Notes under the pieces: generated by a model
Database searches by the model: none
Told to the model about the DNA's origin: nothing
The model's input: the letters and a program-made list of their open reading frames with translations, nothing else
In this document: positions 21,059-24,000 of the stretch, in pieces
How positions within the stretch are numbered: position 1 is the first letter of the stretch
Layout: every line of letters starts with the position of its first letter
Position numbers and translations under genes: made by a program
NCBI GenBank assembly: GCA_035531475.1
Contig: DATKST010000184.1
Span: forward strand, 4,349 to 28,348
Reading direction: 5' to 3'
Length of the DNA stretch: 24,000 bases
Source: Terriglobia bacterium
GTDB lineage: Bacteria > Acidobacteriota > Terriglobia > UBA7540

Positions 21059-21072
21059 GCGGAATGAATTCC
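21059..21072. promoter_or_regulatory. CGGAAT-N2-ATTCCG palindrome, site 3 (candidate operator in the divergent SDR / GH51 gap)
   Basis: CGGAATGAATTCCG is identical to 12316-12329. It lies 116 nt upstream of ATG 21188 and 147 nt from ATG 20912 on the other strand. A TGaTATAGA extended -10-like sequence lies at 21102-21110. Confidence 0.45.
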
Positions 21073-21187
21073 GTACATTTTAACCTGGCCGCTCAGGCAG
21101 CTTGATATAGAATGGCGCAGTCGGATCCCCGAGATCCTTTGAGCATGAGCTGCAGCAGGATGCGAAGAGGATAGGAGGTAGGAACGG

Positions 21188-23536
21188 ATGCTGTCTGGGT
21201 TGCTATTATTCCTGGCGATCGCTGTACCACAATTACACAATCCGAGCTTTGAAACCTCTCCCCGCATTGCAGGTCAGGTCCCCGGATGGAAAGTCTCCAT
21301 CAAGAACAGCCGCGGCAGCCGCGTTGTGGTCAGGACGGATGCTACGGAGTTCAAAGAGGGGAGTGAATCTCTGCTTGTTGAGGCGCGCGATGCAGCGGAC
21401 GCCACGATCAGTCAGGACCTGTTCTTGCCAGTCGGCACCTTGTGGCAGGTCAGCGCATGGATCAAGACCGAAAGCCTGAGCGGGCCGGACAAGACCAGAG
21501 GGGGCGCTCAAATTGTGGTTGAAACGCCTGCAGGCGATCAAGGCAGGACTCCAGTCCAGTTGGGAACCTCGCCGTGGCAGGAAGAGCGGGTGATCTTTCG
21601 AGTCCCTTCGCCGGGCCGGATCCGCATCGCCCTGGTTGGCCTGGCTCAGGGTGCGGGAAGAGTTTGGTTTGACGGTGTGCATCTGGAGGAGGTCCACACG
21701 CTCCCAGCTACGGACGTCCACATCGACTACACCAGGATCAGCAAGCGGCCCATCGATTTGAAGCAAGGAGGGCAATTCATCGAGCCCCTTTGCCACTTGA
21801 TTCCCTCCATGCTTGCCCAACAGGTGGAGTCCACCAGTTTTGAGGAGGAACCGCCATGGAAGCCTAGCTACAAGCGGGCAATCGATAAGCCCTGTCGCCC
21901 TTGGTATCCCGATGGGGCGGTCGAGGACGCAACGTTCTCGCTGGACACCACGAATCCCTATAACGGCAAACGTTCCGAGAAGATCGAGCTTCCTGTCGCG
22001 CGCGCCAGAGCGGGGATTTCACAAGATGGATTTTATCTGGAGAAAGGCCTGGGCTACCGGCTGCATCTGCACATGAGGAGCATTGGACACGTGAGAGTGT
22101 GGGCCTCGCTTCGCGGTGGAGGGGGCTTGATTGCCGGCCCTGTTTCACTGGGCCGGGCGGTTGAAGGCTGGCAGGGTGCGGAAGCCGTTCTGCGCGCGAA
22201 CCGCACGATCGACAATGCCACGCTCACCATCGAATTCGAAGGTCCGGGAACACTATGGTTGGATCGCATCACCCTGATCGGTGAAAATGCCGTCCTCGGG
22301 ATTTGGCGGCCGGACGTCGTGCGCGCGCTTAAGGCCATGAATCCCGGCGTCATCCGGTTCGGCGGAAGCACGATAGAAGTCTTCGAGTGGGACCAGTGTA
22401 TTGGACCGTGGGATCAGCGGGTTCCTTATGTCACCAATCCCTGGGGTGGACTCGATCCCAATTTCGTCGGAGTCGAGGAATTTATTAAGCTCTGCCGTTA
22501 CGTGAATGCGGAGCCGCTGATCTGCGTGCGGTGGGGTGGCAAGAAACCTGAGGACGCTGCGGCAGAGGTTGAGTATTTCAACGGCAGTACACAAACTCAC
22601 TGGGGCAGGATTAGAGCCCGGTACGGCCATCCGGAGCCCTACCATGTAAAATACTGGCAGATTGGGAACGAGGTGGGCGGGCCCGCCTATGACGGGTCAG
22701 TCAAGGCCTTTGCGGAAGCTATGCGCAAAGTTGATCCCACCATCAAGATCCTGTCGTCATTTCCTTCGGCAGATACGCTCAAGGAAGGCGGGGGGTATCT
22801 TGATTACCTTTGTCCTCACCATTATGAGTGCATGGACCTGCGTGGTAAGCAGAAAGACTTCGAGTTCCTCAAAGACCAGATTGCCCGATACAGTAATGGG
22901 AAGGACTTGCGAGTCGGCGTCACCGAGTGGAATACTACTGGGGGTGAAATGGGGCTGACCCGGGGAATGCTACTCACCTTGGGGAATGCACTCAGTTGCT
23001 CGCGCTATCAGAACCTGTTGCATCGTTATGCCGGCTTGGTGGAAATCGCCGTACGTTCTAACCTGGTTGACAGCTTTGGGTCAGGAGTCATCCAGCCAGG
23101 CCCAGGTTGGCTTTACCTCTCACCTACCTACTACTCCCAGAGGCTTTATCAGCGGGCCGCCGGAACTTACCCGCTACGCATTGAGCGCTCCGGCGATCTA
23201 CCCTGGCAGCTTAGCGAGCCCGATTTGAGCGCCACGGTTGACCCGGGAGGCAAAGTGCTGAGAATTTATGCCGTCAATTCGACCTCTGAAACTGAAGAGA
23301 GACGATTTCACTTGAATGGATTCACTGCAACTCCCGCCGGCGGAGACGTCATGGTCTTGGGGGACCGCGAAGGAGCGCGCGACTCAGAAGCCATGAATAC
23401 CAGAAATGATCCCGACCGCATCACCACGACCTCCCGGGCCGTGAACATCAGGGGCAGCGAATTCACATTCCGGTTCGAGCCGTTCAGCGTGACATTACTG
23501 GAGCTGAAACTTGGGCCGACGCGTCCGGCACGATGA
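21188..23536 (+). CDS. GH51-like (clan GH-A) alpha-L-arabinofuranosidase with N-terminal CBM4_9-like carbohydrate-binding module
   Basis: 782-aa ORF with AGGAGG upstream and a hydrophobic N-terminus (MLSGLLLFLAIAV). The CBM-like start is NPSFE...GW...VWFDGVHLEE. The catalytic region can be aligned by eye to GH51 AbfA: VIRFGGS (IRYPGGN), W..CIGP...R, FGVEEFIKLCRYVNAEP, EVEYFNG, VKYWQIGNEVGG (acid/base Glu) and VGVTEWNTTGG (nucleophile Glu). Confidence 0.75.
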   Translation: MLSGLLLFLAIAVPQLHNPSFETSPRIAGQVPGWKVSIKNSRGSRVVVRTDATEFKEGSESLLVEARDAADATISQDLFLPVGTLWQVSAWIKTESLSGPDKTRGGAQIVVETPAGDQGRTPVQLGTSPWQEERVIFRVPSPGRIRIALVGLAQGAGRVWFDGVHLEEVHTLPATDVHIDYTRISKRPIDLKQGGQFIEPLCHLIPSMLAQQVESTSFEEEPPWKPSYKRAIDKPCRPWYPDGAVEDATFSLDTTNPYNGKRSEKIELPVARARAGISQDGFYLEKGLGYRLHLHMRSIGHVRVWASLRGGGGLIAGPVSLGRAVEGWQGAEAVLRANRTIDNATLTIEFEGPGTLWLDRITLIGENAVLGIWRPDVVRALKAMNPGVIRFGGSTIEVFEWDQCIGPWDQRVPYVTNPWGGLDPNFVGVEEFIKLCRYVNAEPLICVRWGGKKPEDAAAEVEYFNGSTQTHWGRIRARYGHPEPYHVKYWQIGNEVGGPAYDGSVKAFAEAMRKVDPTIKILSSFPSADTLKEGGGYLDYLCPHHYECMDLRGKQKDFEFLKDQIARYSNGKDLRVGVTEWNTTGGEMGLTRGMLLTLGNALSCSRYQNLLHRYAGLVEIAVRSNLVDSFGSGVIQPGPGWLYLSPTYYSQRLYQRAAGTYPLRIERSGDLPWQLSEPDLSATVDPGGKVLRIYAVNSTSETEERRFHLNGFTATPAGGDVMVLGDREGARDSEAMNTRNDPDRITTTSRAVNIRGSEFTFRFEPFSVTLLELKLGPTRPAR

Positions 23537-24000
23537 AGAGACATCTTTTGCAGGAGAATCCCGTCCGTCACAGGCGCTGGCTGAGGATCATTCCTGTCGC
23601 GCTCGTGATGTACACCATCTCTTATATTGACCGGACCAACATTTCTTTGGCGTTGCCGTCGATGAGCCGCGGACTTCACATGAACGCCGTCCAGGCCGGC
23701 AGCGCCGCTGGGATTTTCTTCTGGGGTTATCTGCTCTTTCAGATTCCCGGAGGCCACCTGGCCTCCCGAGGGAGCCCAAAACGACTGGTCAGTATTCTTT
23801 TGATTCTGTGGGGGGCGTGCGCCGTTGGCACCGGGTTGGTTCAGACATGGAGAGAGTTGTGGTTGATGCGTCTGTTGCTGGGCGCCGCAGAAAGTGGAGT
23901 CTTCCCTGCAACGCTTATCCTGCTTGCCAACTGGTTCCCGAGGAGCGAGCGAGCCCGCGCCAACGCCTACTGGATGCTTTGCCAGCCGGTCGCGCTCATC
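23533..24000 (+). CDS. MFS transporter, anion:cation symporter (ACS) type such as hexuronate/galactonate/tartrate carriers (3' end beyond the window)
   Basis: Not in the ORF track because there is no stop in the window. ATG 23533 overlaps the GH51 TGA (ATGA). Hand translation: MKRHLLQENPVRHRRWLRIIPVALVMYTISYIDRTNISLALPSMSRGLHMNAVQAGSAAGIFFWGYLLFQIPGGHLASRGSPKRL...LLLGAAESGVFPATLILLANWFPRSERARANAYW. This is the ACS-family N-terminal pattern (YxDRxNxSxA.P......L......G...S.FF.GY...Q.PGG, LG..E.G.FP......WFP..ER). Confidence 0.85.
   Translation, partial: MKRHLLQENPVRHRRWLRIIPVALVMYTISYIDRTNISLALPSMSRGLHMNAVQAGSAAGIFFWGYLLFQIPGGHLASRGSPKRLVSILLILWGACAVGTGLVQTWRELWLMRLLLGAAESGVFPATLILLANWFPRSERARANAYWMLCQPVALI

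Noticed and set aside
19890-21083. 397-aa plus-strand ORF spanning the SDR gene and the divergent gap
   Set aside because: It lies antisense to the SDR, which has intact TGxxxGxG and YxxxK motifs. The product is Arg/Ser/Pro-rich and has no domain signature.

Overview
GC-rich bacterial chromosomal segment. The gene content and the GHKARPY-type hairpin repeats suggest a soil Acidobacteriota-like genome; this is inference only. I recognised no rRNA, tRNA or CRISPR. LEFT HALF, all minus strand: a pilS-pilR-pilA type IV pilin unit with a readable sigma54 promoter. It is followed by an ABC ATPase, an ABC-2 permease, two membrane-anchored TPR-like proteins, a PAP2-family membrane protein and a GT-C/TMTC-like TPR glycosyltransferase. 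That last gene runs off the left edge and is missing from the ORF track; I recovered it by hand translation. CENTRE (about 11.1-12.3 kb): decayed mobile or defence DNA, comprising a vsr remnant split by a small repeat element, an IS3 OrfB tail and an IS4/IS1634-like tail. RIGHT HALF: a large TonB-dependent receptor, an IS701-like transposase stub, an FAD oxidoreductase coupled to an IlvD/Edd dehydratase, a convergent SDR, a GH51-like arabinofuranosidase with an N-terminal CBM-like module, and an ACS-type MFS transporter (partial). Main hunt results: (1) a CGGAAT-N2-ATTCCG palindrome occurs three times, each upstream of one of the three plus-strand carbohydrate transcription units, making it a candidate operator for a regulator not encoded in this window; (2) the pilA-linked ABC/TPR/PAP2/GT-C cluster may be an undescribed envelope or pilin glycosylation module; (3) at least three families of structured REP/MITE-like repeats fill the intergenic gaps, with nesting, compensatory stem changes and spurious ORFs; (4) the TonB receptor gene is bracketed by IS debris; (5) the locus resembles an incomplete or variant non-phosphorylative pentose/sugar-acid pathway. 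All functional calls rest on motif recognition by eye; no database search was possible.
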